NCBI GenBank assembly: GCA_965649825.1
Contig: OZ287709.1
Coordinates: 469,080 to 533,079 of the forward strand
From: Penicillus capitatus
Lineage: Eukaryota; Plantae; Chlorophyta
Direction: 5' to 3'
DNA: 64,000 bases
The position numbers and the translations under genes were made by a program. Numbering within the stretch: the first letter of the stretch is position 1; every line of letters begins with the position of its first letter. Below the pieces are notes generated by a model that worked only from the letters and a program-made list of their open reading frames with translations, made no database searches and was not told the origin of the DNA. Below are positions 36,645-49,499 of the stretch, in pieces.

Positions 36645-36915
36645 AGCGTCACGAAGTGCTTCTTAACGTGATTTACTCGAGTTGAAATTCTGGTTTGGAA
36701 TCAATCTAACGCAATGTCTCCTGAGCTAACAGGACCTATCTATCTCATTTATGCCTTTATTTGATGAATTCGATGTTCCATATCCAGTAACACTTTTCCG
36801 TAAAAAGCAACTCGCAGATTCGCACATCAAGAGTGCACGAGAATTACAATACACTCGACATGCGTGTTACTGGAATGTTTGGAAAAAATGACAAGACAAG
36901 AAGATTGTGAAGCAA

Positions 36916-38115
36916 TCAGTGTTGAGCATCTTGTGCTTTTTGTATCACTGTTCGTTTCTCTGCTGCCTGCTTCGTAAGCTCAACGATCCTATCCCTCACT
37001 TCTTTTCGTTCCAATGCAGGACTGTCAACAGAAGCGTGACATCAAGAGATCGACCAAGAACTGTCTCACCTAGAGAAAGGAACGCGGCATATGAAGGATG
37101 GAAGGCCACTCCGTGTGCAGATAAAATCGACTCCAAGTCGATCGACACGTTTCAGTTCGGCACTGTCGACTTCGAATCCTGTCATGGCCTCAACGATCGC
37201 TTTGTTCGATTCCAAATGATCGACATTCATGTGGCGACATATCGGGATTTGAAAAGGTGCTACAGGATCAGGCACGGCATTCAGAAACTCATCTCCAGTT
37301 GCCTGATCAGACAGTGGCGAACATGAGATACGAGAACGGACTAACATACTGTTCCTGTTCTGGCAACATTGGTGAGAGTGGCGGAGAAACGCGCCATGAC
37401 AATGGTTTGCATCTTGAACCAATGGAAATCTCCAAAATCAACGTAGATGGCATCCGGGTGTTTCTTCAGGAACGCCTCACGCAATCGCTCCTTTTCGGCC
37501 TCAAATAGCTCAATGTTCCCAATCAATGCCACTCGAGGCTCTCGCAGGCTCTGTAGTCGCACACTCCACATTTGAACAGAGAAGCAACTATCCCCTAGTG
37601 GGGATCGTCACCAAATTCTCTGTTTCTGGAATGAGAAGCGAGGCTCGCGAGTCGTTTTTCAAAGCACGAGTGTGTGCTGCTAGATCGGATAAGCAGAAGA
37701 TTGGCTTGCCGTCTTCATCTGCCGCGTAATTCACAACAGAACCCACAGGAAATCCTTCGGATGCTTTGTCTTGTGTAAGAACGGAGAGGACGCCGACCCT
37801 GAACAAAACAATCTCTGTCTGCCTTCTATCCACGCCAACAAAAGACGCAAACTTTGAATTCTGGGCAAAACTTCGTGTAAGTTCAGGTATTGTGAGTTTG
37901 GCAACATTCTTTTGCTTTTCGTTGAACTCTTGCCACAGATCTGACAATGTCGCATCGGACGTCGCTCCTGCCGACATGATGATAACGCCGAGCCTTGAAG
38001 TTGTGTTTACCTTCAACGGCGTTCGTTGCCATGAGACGCGTCTTCGGAAACGGACAACTTCGACGGAGCAGTGGAGAAAAGGGCCGCGAAAGTGTGCACG
38101 CCTGCTGTGCAGCAT
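36916..38115 (-). CDS. HugZ/HOZ-like split-barrel (pyridoxamine-phosphate-oxidase-like + DUF2470) plastid protein
   Basis: GFPVGSVVNYAADEDGKPIFCLSDLAAHTRALKNDSRASL, RVALIG, FLKKHPDAIYVDFGDFHWF, PDPVAPF..PICRHMNVDH, VDRLGVD; transit peptide. Confidence 0.85.
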
Positions 38116-38758
38116 GCATAAGTGGACAAGAGTGTCGAATCAAAACCTTAAATGACACAGGCGCAGCAGAAAGACATGAAGGAAGTGTCATTTAGATCGC
38201 TACGTTCGCACACAAGCTTCGCATGCTGCTATGCATGCATTCATTTAAGAAGACATGATGAGAATTAGACGGGAAAACAAAGGACATCTCGATCAGCTGA
38301 AACTAAGGATAGAGGTAGATATCATGGAAGTAAGTCTTTTATGTTAGAAGAGCTTGGCATTTGTCTGCCAATTCGTCCTAACAGTAACTCTGCGATTCTG
38401 TTTAAAAGGCACAATGGTGGATCGGATAAGATCGGAAGGATATTCAGGGAACGTGGGTGACGCGCAATGAATCAGTTGCTGCTCAGAATGGCGCGGGACA
38501 GACTACCAGTCGTCGAGCCCAATGAACATTTGGCCGACTGCCAATCTATTCGTCTCGACGCTCCTTTTTCGTACGCGTCATAGGAGAGATATCGCAGTCA
38601 GCGAAGCGTTTCGTGGCCTTAATTCAATGGATAAATCATGACTCTCATTTTGCATAGGCGCGATTCTGTCAGTCTCTCGCCGACCTGTCCACACCGCTTC
38701 GACGTTGGCACTGTTCCTCAACGCGACCTGTCTACACAACACGCCATTCTCCGGCGGA

Positions 38759-41700
38759 ATGGAAGAAGAGAACATCAGGTATTGGTTAACGCGACATCTC
38801 CCTTATGGCAACACAACGCCGCCGACTCTCGCATTCAATACGCACTTGTGTCTTTTTCGCAGCGTGAGTGTCCGAGTGCGGCCGTTGAACGAGCGCGAAA
38901 ATGATGAAAAGTTTGCCTGGAACTCGGACGGAACGACGATCTGGCCCGAGGGGCGATCCAATACGCGTTTCACGGTTGATCGCGTGTTTGGTCCCGCTTC
39001 GACGACCAGCGAGATTTACGAGGCTTATATCCGATCGTTGATCGAGAAGGTCGTCTTGGGGATCAATGCGACCTTCTTTGCGTACGGCCAGACGAGTTCC
39101 GGAAAGACTTATACGATTCAGGGCACCGACGCCGCAGATGGCGTCATCAAATTGGCCGTACATGACGTCTTCGATCTTATTCGCGGCAACGACGCGAGAG
39201 AGTTTCTATGTAGAGCATCTTATATTGAGGTGAGGTTGCTTCTTTAACGCTTCTCCCTGTTCACGACTGTCCTTTAGATCTATAATGAGGATGTCAATGA
39301 CTTGCTCTGTGCAGAAAACACAAGACTGCCATTGCACGAGGCTAAAGATGGCGATGTTTACGTTGGCGGCGTGACAGAAGAGATTGTGGATAATCCTCAA
39401 GCTGTTATGAATCTCCTGCAGCAGGGAGAAGAGAATCGCCACATCGGAGCGACGAAAATGAATGAGCGCAGCAGTAGATCTCACACAATTTTCAGAATGG
39501 TAATCACAGGACGACGGACGATGTCACACACGTATCACATTGTTGTGATTAGATCGTCGAGAGCAGAACTCTCAATCGTGAGGCAGAAGACAGCGATGAC
39601 GCTATCTGGGTATCGACACTCAATCTAGTCGACTTGGCTGGCTCAGAGCGCATTTCCAAGACGGGTCTCGAGCAACGATGAATGCTAGTGACCTACAATT
39701 GAGAATGTGGTTTTAGGTGCCGAGGGTTTAAGGATGAAGGAAGGAACAGCAATCAATAAGAGTTTGTTGAATTTGGGTATTGTGATCAATCAGCTGGCAC
39801 ATAAATCGAGTGTGGTTTCATATCGGGACAGCAAGCTCACCAGAATCCTCCAGCGTTCTTTGGGAGGCAATGCCAAGACAGTCATCCTTTGCAACATCAC
39901 ACCAGCTGCTTGTCATCTGGAAGAAAGCTCAAATACACTTCGATTTGGCTGCAGAGCCAAGAAAGTAGTGAATACAGCATGCGTGAATGAGGTCATTTCA
40001 GATGCTGCTCTGCTAAAACGCCAAGCGAAAGAGATCGAGCAGCTGAAGAAACGTCTGGCAGAGAGCGGGTGCGTAGCGCATCCATACAGCACAGTGTGCA
40101 GGATCTCTCATTTCTCTAGGAATCCGGATATAGCCTTCGAGATCAGTCAGATGCGTGCTGCTTTGCTGAGGAGTGAGCACGAGAAAGAGCTGATGCAGAT
40201 CAAGTTGGACGAGGAGAAGGCAAAAAAAGAAAAAGCCGAGAGGCAGGTTCAAGTGGCGACGCAGCTGATGTTCAGTCAGGAACAGGAGTTGATGTTCTTG
40301 CAAGACAGAGCAAAGAGAAGGGACACGTGGTGTCCAGGAGAGGCAACCCAGAGTTCCATTCTTCGCTTGAAAGAACAGAAAGATTCCTTTATGTCCGCTG
40401 CAAAGGAGCCAGGTTTCTCGACGCCTCCTTCGGCCAAGAGACATGCAAAGATGGGCCCTTCATCATCACGATGTACAACGGAGCCTGTCGAGACCGAAGC
40501 TTCAGATATGAAGCGCATGTCGACCGAAGATGTTCGCCAGTTGGTGAGAGATTTGATTGATGAAAAGACAGAGGTGCAAAGGAAGCTCGATGCCGCCCTG
40601 GAAGGTACAAAACAGAAAACAGTACACATCGAATCCCTGGAGGCAGATTTAAAAGCCGCATACAGAGCAAAGAGGTCTTTGATTCCAGTGACGGAGATGA
40701 AGGATGAAGGGACGGAACGCGAATGCGATGTACTTCGTGTCAAACTCGCTGCGATGCGTTTGAGAAACCGAGAGCTGTTGATGGAGACAGAGATCTCAAT
40801 GATGTTCCTGAAGAAGCTCATTCTTCAGCAGAAACAAAAGAAAGAGACAGCTCTCGGTGAAAGCGCTGCCGTACCCATCGTCAAGACAGATTCGATGGGG
40901 AATGCTGGAGGCCTGTGTCCGAGAAAGCATCTTCCTGTGGACCCATCACATGAGGAGCAGTCCAGCAGAACAGAAGTGATGGGACAAGAAATGCAAACGG
41001 AACTGGTCTCTGCACAGAATCAAATAGAGAAACTGGAGCGCGCAAGAGAGATCTTGGAGAGCTCTGTCGTCCAGCTGGAGATCCAGAATAGCTCCAAGAA
41101 GAGTAAGCCTTTATCACAAGATACATCAAAATGCCAGAACGCTGGGTTCTTAGATGAATGTGATGGCCTGAGAGTTGAGCTTCGGGAATCTGAGAAAGGG
41201 CAAGAGGCATTGAAACGTCATTTCGAGCAAGAGATCTCTGCCCTTAAATCTCATTATGGTGGAAAGACGACTGAGACTGACAGGCTCAAGAAAGAGCTAG
41301 AGAAGCTTACGGTGGTGCATTCAGAGACTTTGGTGCAGCTGGAGAGCATAAAAGAACAGTTGAATAATACAAGGCGATCGAGGGACCAGCAGGAGAATGC
41401 GATACATGTGCGCGTAACAGAAGTGCAAGAAGAGGCAGAGTTCCGAGTGCATGAGATATCTGTTCACAAAGAGCTTCTCGCAGCCGAAAACAGAGAGCTG
41501 CGAAAATGTCTCGATGAAAAGGAGGATGAGTATCTGCAAATGAAGGTGGAATTCGAGAGCACGAAAAAAGAGAAGGAGGACATAGAGGTGTCCGGGAAGG
41601 AACAGAAGGCACAACTCAGAAAGCATCAGCAGGTAAACCATCTTCGAGCAAGGAGTCGTGCTTACCCTTGTCGAACGTTAATTCAGCAAATCGAGAAGGA

Positions 41701-42711
41701 GTTAGAGATCACCCAACTATCTCTATCGCATTTCGAAGACAAGTTCACCAGAAAGTGCCAAGAAGAACAAAGGCTCACTCAAGAGGTTTCTGCGCTGGAG
41801 CGCGAGTTGCAGAACATGAAAAATGAGATGGAATCGCTTCAGCAATCTGCCAATCTTCAATCTGCCGAGAATGAAGATCAGCGTGTACAAGAGATGCATG
41901 TAACACCATCATCTGTAATTCAGCTCCATACCGAGTTCTGTTCAGATTTTGCAGAAAAAGTGTGACGCTCAGGCTCAAGAACTGTCAGATCTGCGAAATC
42001 AAGTTTCGCGACTCTCTTCTCTCAGGAGCAGAAGACCACAAGAAGAATCGGAAGAGTTGAAGAAGGCAAAGGCAGATGCTGCAGAACAGAAGGAGCAGTT
42101 CGAAACTGCCAGATCTCATTTGGATGATGTTTTGCATGAATTGGGAGCCGTTCGGCTGGAAATGGAAGAGTGGAAGAAAATGGTGAATACAACACGTAAT
42201 GTCGAGGAATGGGTGAAATCCCTATCATCGTTCATTTATAAACTGAAAGTCGAATCCAATCAGCTCTTGGCAGATTTCGACGAGGAAGAGAACCACATCC
42301 CAACTAAGCTCAAGACGGAAGCTGCATCTCATCAAGCGATCACAGAATTGACGGAGAAGCTCAGAAACTCGAAGAGAGAGCAGATGCAACTCTATGGCGT
42401 GTTGAAAGTTTTGAAGAAAGATGTCGAGAAGGCAGAATGGCAACCAGAGAAATTCGATGAGCTATTGGCGAACAGCAGAAAAGAGTATAGTCACGCTTAC
42501 CTAAAGGGAAAGACACAAGTATGTCTGCGAGATAAGTCAATAGACGGTGTGTACATTGACGCTGTGTCTTTAGAGACTCGAATTGCAGCTGCAAGAAAAA
42601 ACGAAAAGGATCTCTGAGCTCGAACAACATCTGCGAGATCTGAAAAAACAGTTCCCTCCAGAGATGCCCAAAATCGACTTGAACAAACCTCCTCCAGCCG
42701 ATCTGGCATGA
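38759..42711 (+). CDS. Kinesin-7 (CENP-E-like) motor with long coiled-coil stalk
   Basis: MEEENI|SVSVRVRPLN, FAYGQTSSGKTYT, YIE.YNE, MNERSSRSHTIF, LVDLAGSER, INKSLLNLG, YRDSKLTRILQ.SLGGNAKT, TLRFGCRAKKVVN; E/K/Q-rich coil. Confidence 0.93.
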
Positions 42712-43613
42712 AAAGGCTCCCAGCTGCTGTGCGTTTGAAACGAATACGCGCGAACAATGAGTTAAAACCAAGTTACTACATGGTGCTGCTGTCGTACAGT
42801 ATTTAAAGAAGAAGGTTTTGTGAATAAGAGTCAAGTCTCCTCCGGCGTGCTGCATTCGAGTCACAATGCTGCCACGGCTGGTTTGTGTGGTATAGGAACG
42901 TCGTCATATCACCATCTCTTTGCTCATAAACAGCAAATGAGCCACGGATGTCGGGACACAGGCGGCGGCGGCGGCGGCTCGACATTAAGTGCCAACCGAT
43001 TCAGACTGTATGTCAACCTACGAACTGCATAATGAAAGAAAGAATGTGATTCTTCTATTTGGCTGCATACCAATCCTGCAATATTATCATCTCATTGCAT
43101 GCTTCGCATGAGCGAGTGCCATTCGTCAGCAAATGTCCGATCACTCAGAGGAAGAGGGTGTGCGATAATGCGGAAGTGCCTTTTGCTATTTTGGTGTTAT
43201 GGATCCGGGTAATCTGCCATCCGCCGATTCGTGAATTTCTCAAAGCTCCCAGTAAGTTTCAAGAGGTAACTGCACCGTCCCTTAACTATCTATCTTCTAG
43301 AGACCCTATATCGTTATTTCTCTCACCCCTGGTTGTGATTCGTGTATGTCTCGGTCTTCGTTGGCTTATACCTCTGAATACATGTACAAATTAAAAAGCA
43401 ACGTTCGTCACGTATCTGGAGGCCAGTCACGTAAGCCGACGACAAGCTTACGTGGACACGATCTTTACCATCGGTAAGAGAAGGTGTACTCAAACTAGCT
43501 TCTTAGAAGACAGGTCACAAAATGGCATTTAGCCGCGCATTCTACGAATGCGCTGGGTGTAGATGCAAAGGTCAGCGTCTTTCGCTGCACGCGTACATGT
43601 TGTGTTTCATGTC

Positions 43614-44012
43614 ATGTCAACTCCTCTGCTAAAGAAACAGCTTCGCACGCTCTTTGCTCGAAAGAAACGTCTCGAAGCTCAGAGGGCGGAGGACGCCAAA
43701 GAAACTCTTGTCTCTCAACCCACCGCCGACGTCCCGCCAAAGAAGCTTCGAGACAAACAACGAGCGGCACACTACAAACGCAACCTCTCATACTTTCAGA
43801 CGTCAGAGCAGAAGACAGACGACCTCGACGACGCTCTGAACAAAGCGAGATAGAGAGACGAAAGGACGCGTCCTGACTGATCTTATGTCTCTACCTAGGC
43901 CGTCGCGACACTGAAGGACACGACAGCGATCGTCAAGCGCCGTAGACTTGAACTCGCGTCGCACGACGACGACGATTCAGAGAAGAATTTTGATCAAGAG
44001 CGCCTTCGATGA
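43614..44012 (+). CDS. Small basic hypothetical protein (weak resemblance to AROS/RPS19BP1)
   Basis: MSTPLLKKQLRTLF...HYKRNLSYF...; second exon AVATLKD...NFDQERLR* requires a GC-AG intron at ~43846-43899. Confidence 0.45.
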
Positions 44013-44986
44013 TGCGGATATCGCGATCCTGTCATCGGCTAAGCGCACCGGCTCCGCAGTGCCCCGCCCGTCAGAGATACCCCCAGTCCGTGCGTTTGGG
44101 CACGAGTCGATCGCATGCAACTGACCCCAATCTCGTCTACGAGACATTTCGCAAAATTCTCTTCTCGGATCCGAAGACAATTCAACGTTCTTCGGGTGCT
44201 CACTTGAGACTGCGGAAAATCTGTTACCACCCACCCAGTGCCGACGCCCCTCTTCTGCAAGATGTCGATATGGATCTTGACAGCCATCAGATGGGACTCA
44301 TCTATGGCAAGAGTGGAACTGGCAAGACCACGCTCTTGCAAGTGATCACCGGTCTCACCCAGCCGACCTCCGGGACGGTCTCCGTTTCCAAGGATCCCAC
44401 ATCGCTAGGTACTCACCCGTAATGAGAGTGTCCGACCCTTGCTGAAGGTTGGCTGTAGTGGGGATGTCTTCGGAGACAAGGCTGGCGCAGGTGGGAATGG
44501 TTTTTCAGTTTCCCGAACGACACTTTCTCGGTCACACCATTCGTTCTGAGCTGACGTTCGGTTGGGCTCGGACGCTCTCGGCATACCAGCTCAATATCCA
44601 ACGCGTGAAATCTGCCTTGATCAGTGTCGGACTGACCACGTTCGACTTGGAAATGCCAACGTCAAATTTGAGTGACGGATTCAAACGCCGTCTCGCCCTT
44701 GCTGTCCAACTCGTTCGCCAGCCCACCGTTTTGCTTCTCGATGAGCCATTGGCTGGATTAGACTGGAAAGTGCGTCTCTCCTCCTGTCTCGTGTACACGA
44801 TGCATGCGTTTGTGTGACTAGGCGCGAGCAGACATGGTCGAAACGCTGAAGAAGCTTAAAGAGAAATGCACAATCCTTGTCGTTTCACATGATTTGCAAG
44901 AGGTTTCCGCTCTGGTGGATCGGGCATGGAGAATGCTCCCAGGCGGGAGACTTGATGCAGTGGATTGGCCACTCAGAGTGCGTTGA
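44009..44986 (+). CDS. Plastid ECF-type ABC ATPase, ABCI11/NAP14-like
   Basis: Transit peptide, YHPP....LLQDV, Walker A GKSGTGKTT, VFQFPERHF, LSDGFKRRLALAVQL, LLLDEPLAGLDWK, LVVSHDL. Confidence 0.9.
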
Positions 44987-45356
44987 TGCGACGTTTCATC
45001 TCTAGTCTTCGTTGAGGATTTGGATCTGCCAGAGCTCTCTCTGTCAAGACAAACTTAATACGACACATCGATTTCTTGACATTTCGGTAACGCCCCCGTT
45101 CAGGAACTTTCTCGCCGAGTGCCTTGTATCGGAGAAATTCAGATTTGAGCATGAGCTTTTCTTTTAGCAAGACAAACCAAAGCTTGTGAAGATCATCCCA
45201 CGACTTCAACCGTAGCTGGGCTGCCGACCAACCGTTTCCTGCGTCTGGCGCCGCGCCTTTGAGAGCTTTTAAATCGACGAATTCTCTAAGGTCTTTGCAG
45301 TACGCGGAAGTTACAAAGCGCCGCGTCGTGAATGCCAAAGCCAGACGAGCGATCAT
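44973..45356 (-). CDS. MRPL47: Mitochondrial ribosomal protein uL29m (L47)
   Basis: GNGWSAAQLRLKSWDDLHKLWFVLLKEKLML...RYRNVKKSMCRIKFVLTER. Confidence 0.93.
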   Translation of the reverse strand: MIARLALAFTTRRFVTSAYCKDLREFVDLKALKGAAPDAGNGWSAAQLRLKSWDDLHKLWFVLLKEKLMLKSEFLRYKALGEKVPERGRYRNVKKSMCRIKFVLTERALADPNPQRRLEMKRRINAL

Positions 45357-45436
45357 CTTGTATTTTATTAATCTAAAAAAAGACCGGGGTCATTAGTCGC
45401 GCTGCACGGCTGTTTGGGTGTTCAGTGGTGTGAAGG

Positions 45437-46743
45437 ATGTCAGCTTCAAGAGGCTGCAGTCGCGTCTGCGGAGAGCCAAAGTTATTCGTGGGTCAGATCC
45501 CGCTAGAGACGACGAAGGAAGAGATTGTGAGCGTCTTCAGCAACTTTGGAACGGTCAAAAATACAACGCTGCTAACCACACCCGAAGGGCGAAGTAAAGG
45601 ATGTGCGATGGTCTTGTTCGAAAAATGGGCACAGGCTGAATTCGCCATGAACGCGTGCAACGGCAAATCATTCTTTGGCACTCAGCGGACTCTTGTTGTC
45701 CATCTAGCAGACCCGCCCAAACGCGGAGGCGGTGTGCCTCCAATCGCTCCAAAGACTCTATTCGTCGGACAAGTGCGGTGCCTCGATGGTGGACAAGAGG
45801 CATAGCGTGTGCCTAGGTACCCAAGACGGTGGAAGAAGAGGACGTTCGTGCTCTATTTGAACCATTCGGCAACATCGTAGAATTTCACATCTCTCGAAAG
45901 GGATCTGTGTCTGGCTGTGCCTTTGTGAAGTATACACTCTGGTCAGAGGCCGAAGCTGCGATGGAGGCACTCCATGGACGCCACACTCTACCCGATGCAA
46001 AAAATCCACTCGTGGTGAAATTTGCTGATGCAAAGAACAAGGAAACATTGCCAGCTGCAACTGAGCTCATATCACCGATCAAGACGCTTGAACCTCACTG
46101 GCCACATGGCACAAAGTCGACGTCGCCTGTGAATCCGTTTGCGTTTAATGAGCTGCAAAGCTGGCAACAAAGCCCAGCGCCGTACGTATACCAGAACTTG
46201 ACCAGAGGCATGGGCTTTAACGTGGCAGGAGTGTCACCATACTTATCGACAGCCTTTAACAATGCTTCAGGTGCTGCCAGTTCTGCTGCGTACGCATCGA
46301 TGCTTTCTGGAACCATGGTAAACACGAATGGGATGTCAGGCATGGGTAGAATTGAAGACCTGGCTGCACACATGAGCAAACCTGTGTCTTCTATGAGTGG
46401 AAAAATGGGTCCAGGGATTACAGATCCTAGGGCGAACGATTGGAAGCTATTTGTAGGTCAAGTGCCCTTTGAGTGCTGTGAACGTGATCTCTGGCCCGTC
46501 TTCTCCCCTCTGGGCGAAATTCTGGAGTTGGTGATCTTAAGAAACGAAGGGAGGAGTAAAGGGTGCGGCTTTGTCACATATGCTGAGAAAGAAACAGCAG
46601 AACTCGCAGCGGCGCGACTGAATGGACACGTTTCCCTCCCCAATGATCAAAGGGGTAAACGACTGGTTGTCCGATTCGCAGACAAGAAGAAACCGATGGT
46701 TGAATGGCCATGCGGAACAGCGGGAGAGTGTAACACTGAGTAG
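45437..46743 (+). CDS. CELF/Bruno/FCA-like three-RRM RNA-binding protein
   Basis: KLFVGQIP...SKGCAMV; LFVGQ|VPK...GCAFVKY...PLVVKFAD; linker; WKLFVGQVP...SKGCGFVTY...LVVRFAD. Confidence 0.85.
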
Positions 46744-47453
46744 ATGAAAAAAGGTTGATGATCTTCTATGATATGATTGAACAAGCAAGGCAGGATTGTT
46801 TCTCACCATCCGTTTCCGTTTCCATTTTCGTGAATTAGATTCCTCATTGAATCTCCTCCCTCTGTTATTGCCCCTCACATTCTTATGATGACGTTCACTT
46901 TTGAGACTTCAACAAACGCAATAAAGAATCAAGTTTTGTGGTATGCTATGTGTCGTAAGGGGTGAGGGGTGAGACATTCTTTACGATAACGTCGTGTCAT
47001 TGTTTTCTTCTTTTACCGAAACCAATCGATATTCGGCACATGCTTCGTCTGTTTCTCTACGTTCTGGCAATCACATATGCCAGGCATCGTACTATCCAAC
47101 TCGTGAATGTATGCAGAGTGTGTATCTTGCGCTATGCGTATTGTTTCAGAGTGAGTCCACCGAGCTCACCTGTTCGTCTGTGTGTGTGTTTTGAATAAGA
47201 TTGCAATCTGCAAACTTGCCCTCTGCCAGAAAACATCAACCTATCCTTTTTCAAGAGACAATGAATCCTTGTGTGCTAGAGCTGTATGGTGTCGATGCAA
47301 ACTCTGTAGTCGATGGTTAATGCAATATGCGTAATGCATCCGCGATCTGTGTAGACCATGATGTTGTTTCATAAACTTGACTTACCTCTGCGATCGATCG
47401 ATGACTGCTTGACGCGTGCACAGAGCCAACAGCACTTTGCGACGCCGATGATC

Positions 47454-48419
47454 TCAGTCAATGGCGACAACGATCTCCGCTATGCGACCTGATCTATGCG
47501 AAGAGATGGCCTTTTGGCTACGCGTCTTTGCCGTGGGCGGTGAGGAAATTGAGGAGGTGATTCGGACGCGGATGACGACTCTATTGTCTATCTGGCTGAA
47601 GCACAGCTGTTTGTCTACCTCGTCGACGAGCATCACTTCTAAGCGAAAGGCCACAGCGCGTAAGACGCAGAGCCGAGGGCGTATACGTAGAGATCGGGGC
47701 AAATCTCGCGTTCCCTTCTCGCCGACTATCCACAGGAACGACGTCGCGTCATTGACGCCTCTGTCGCCCTCCAAGGCGCGTTCTACCTCGAACGGAGCGT
47801 CTTGCTGCGAGGCAAATTGTCCGAAGCACAAGGCAATGGTTAACGCCCAGACACGTGAAAAGGGCACGAGGCTGAATAGGGAGAGACCGGCGTGGAATAA
47901 TGATGCCTGCGTCGATCCGCGATCCTCTAGAAACCGCGGCGACAAGACCAGGACCGTGCACACAATGGTACTGCCTTTTCAACGAGGCAGTCGCACGCGG
48001 GCTCATCAACTAAGTCGGATCCCACAGCTCCACGAGGCACAGAACAAGACAGCGGTTGACATTCGTGCAAAGACACTGCGCCTCCTCCGGCGAAATCCCT
48101 CGTCCACTTCGAGACAGCCCTTGGCACCAGCCTCGTTTCGCCTCGATTCAAAAACCGTGTCCTTTCCATCGGCATCTTTGCACAAAGCTCAGTCGACGTT
48201 GCCTCGTTGGCCCGACTCCAACGCGGGCTCATCGCACACAGCCGCTGTTCTCGCCGCGGACGCTTCGGGCTGTTCGCAAGTGTGCACCGCAGTGATCCTA
48301 ACAGCCGTCGAGGATTTCTGCAGTGCTCTGTATGAGGAAGAACTTCGAAGGGGTGTATTCGAATCATCGGCGACGACGCCCTCGTTCGCTTTTTCTCGAT
48401 GCTCATGAGATTTAAACAT
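47454..48419 (-). CDS. Hypothetical membrane protein (multi-exon)
   Basis: ATG 48419; S/T-rich N-terminus, hydrophobic segments (AVLFCASWSC..TIVCTVLVL; AGLSLFSLVPFSRVWALTIALCF); TGA at 47454. The opposite-strand 315-codon ORF is judged a shadow. Confidence 0.4.
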
Positions 48420-48441
48420 GTCTTTCTAGCGTTGTTCCATT

Positions 48442-49480
48442 TCATTCTGCCTCCGTCTCCGTCTTTCTGGAACTGGCTTTGTGTTTTTCGATAGCTTCCA
48501 TAAAGCTCTGCACCTTCGTTTTTGCATCGGTCTTGAATCGAATCGCAAAGATGTCGACGACATTCGTTTCTTTCTCGCCCTCGTCGACCTTGTCCAGGTA
48601 ATTATGGCACGAGAATGTCACTGCGTCCTCAGCCATGGGCATCGGCATCGGCTTCATCTCTGGATAGAGTCGAGCATTGAGCAGCAACTGCAATGTCACT
48701 TCTTGGCGCATGATGAGACGCGCTATTCCTTGTCCGTTCACATTGATCTTCATTTCTCCAACTCCACATGAAGTCCATTTGCTGTCTGTATTGGTAAACA
48801 ACAGGGCCTTCTCAGCAAAGACCGTTTCTTCGCCTTCCTCGCCACTCTTGGTCTCGATCGGCTGAAAACGTGATGGCTCCGCAGAAGAGGCAGAAGGTGC
48901 GCCAGCCAAAGACGACTTTGTTGGTGTCTCGACAGGAGACACGGCTAGTGGCTTCTCCTCCACTTCAGATGTCGCCTCCACTTCCGTCTCACTCTTCTAC
49001 ACTCCAATAGTTAACAGTGTGTTTTATGTGTGATGGTTTGACTTCAGGGTTCTCTGTCGCTTGGGTCGGCTGATTCGCCGTTTCCTCTTTCTCTTCGGTC
49101 GGTTCTGCAACATCAAGTGCCGCGCTCTGGGTCGGAGGTGTTGTCTCTTGCGCCTGCGACTCGTAGAGATCCTTCACGTCGGTTGGCTCAACGGCAGGGA
49201 CGTACCGGTGTTGCTGTCGTTAGAGAAATGCCTGCGAATGGATTCGTTCCGGTCGTCGTGGTCGTCGCCGGGGCGCGGCGAACGCGGCGAATATGGCGTG
49301 TCTTCAGTTCGGCTTCCGACGCTCGTTCGAAGTTCCCATCCCCTTCATCTCCCTATGGCGGAATATCACGCGTCGACGAAGGGACGCGTTTTCGTTTACA
49401 TGTCCTTCGTCCTCTTTGTAGTTGTCCTTCGTCAACTGTCGCTCCGTTCCGCGTTTTTTGTTCGCACCATCGCCGTCCAT
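48442..49480 (-). CDS. NUP50: NUP50/Nup2-like nucleoporin (NUP50 N-terminal motif + RanBP1 domain)
   Basis: KKRGTERQLTKDNY...FERASEAELKTRHIRRVRR...NPFAGI; C-terminal SGEEGEETVFAEKALLF...W...GVGEMKIN...ARLIMRQ...LLLNARLY. Confidence 0.85.
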
Positions 49481-49499
49481 ATTGACTGACGCTGTGCGA

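Noticed and set aside
42750-43550. Possible small minus-strand gene (…GYLLKLTGSFEKFTNRRMADYPDP*)
   Set aside because: Splice-like sites exist but no consistent start or recognisable family; not called.
47461-48408. 315-aa plus-strand ORF
   Set aside because: S/R-rich shadow composition with no motif; the minus strand gives a more plausible spliced membrane protein.
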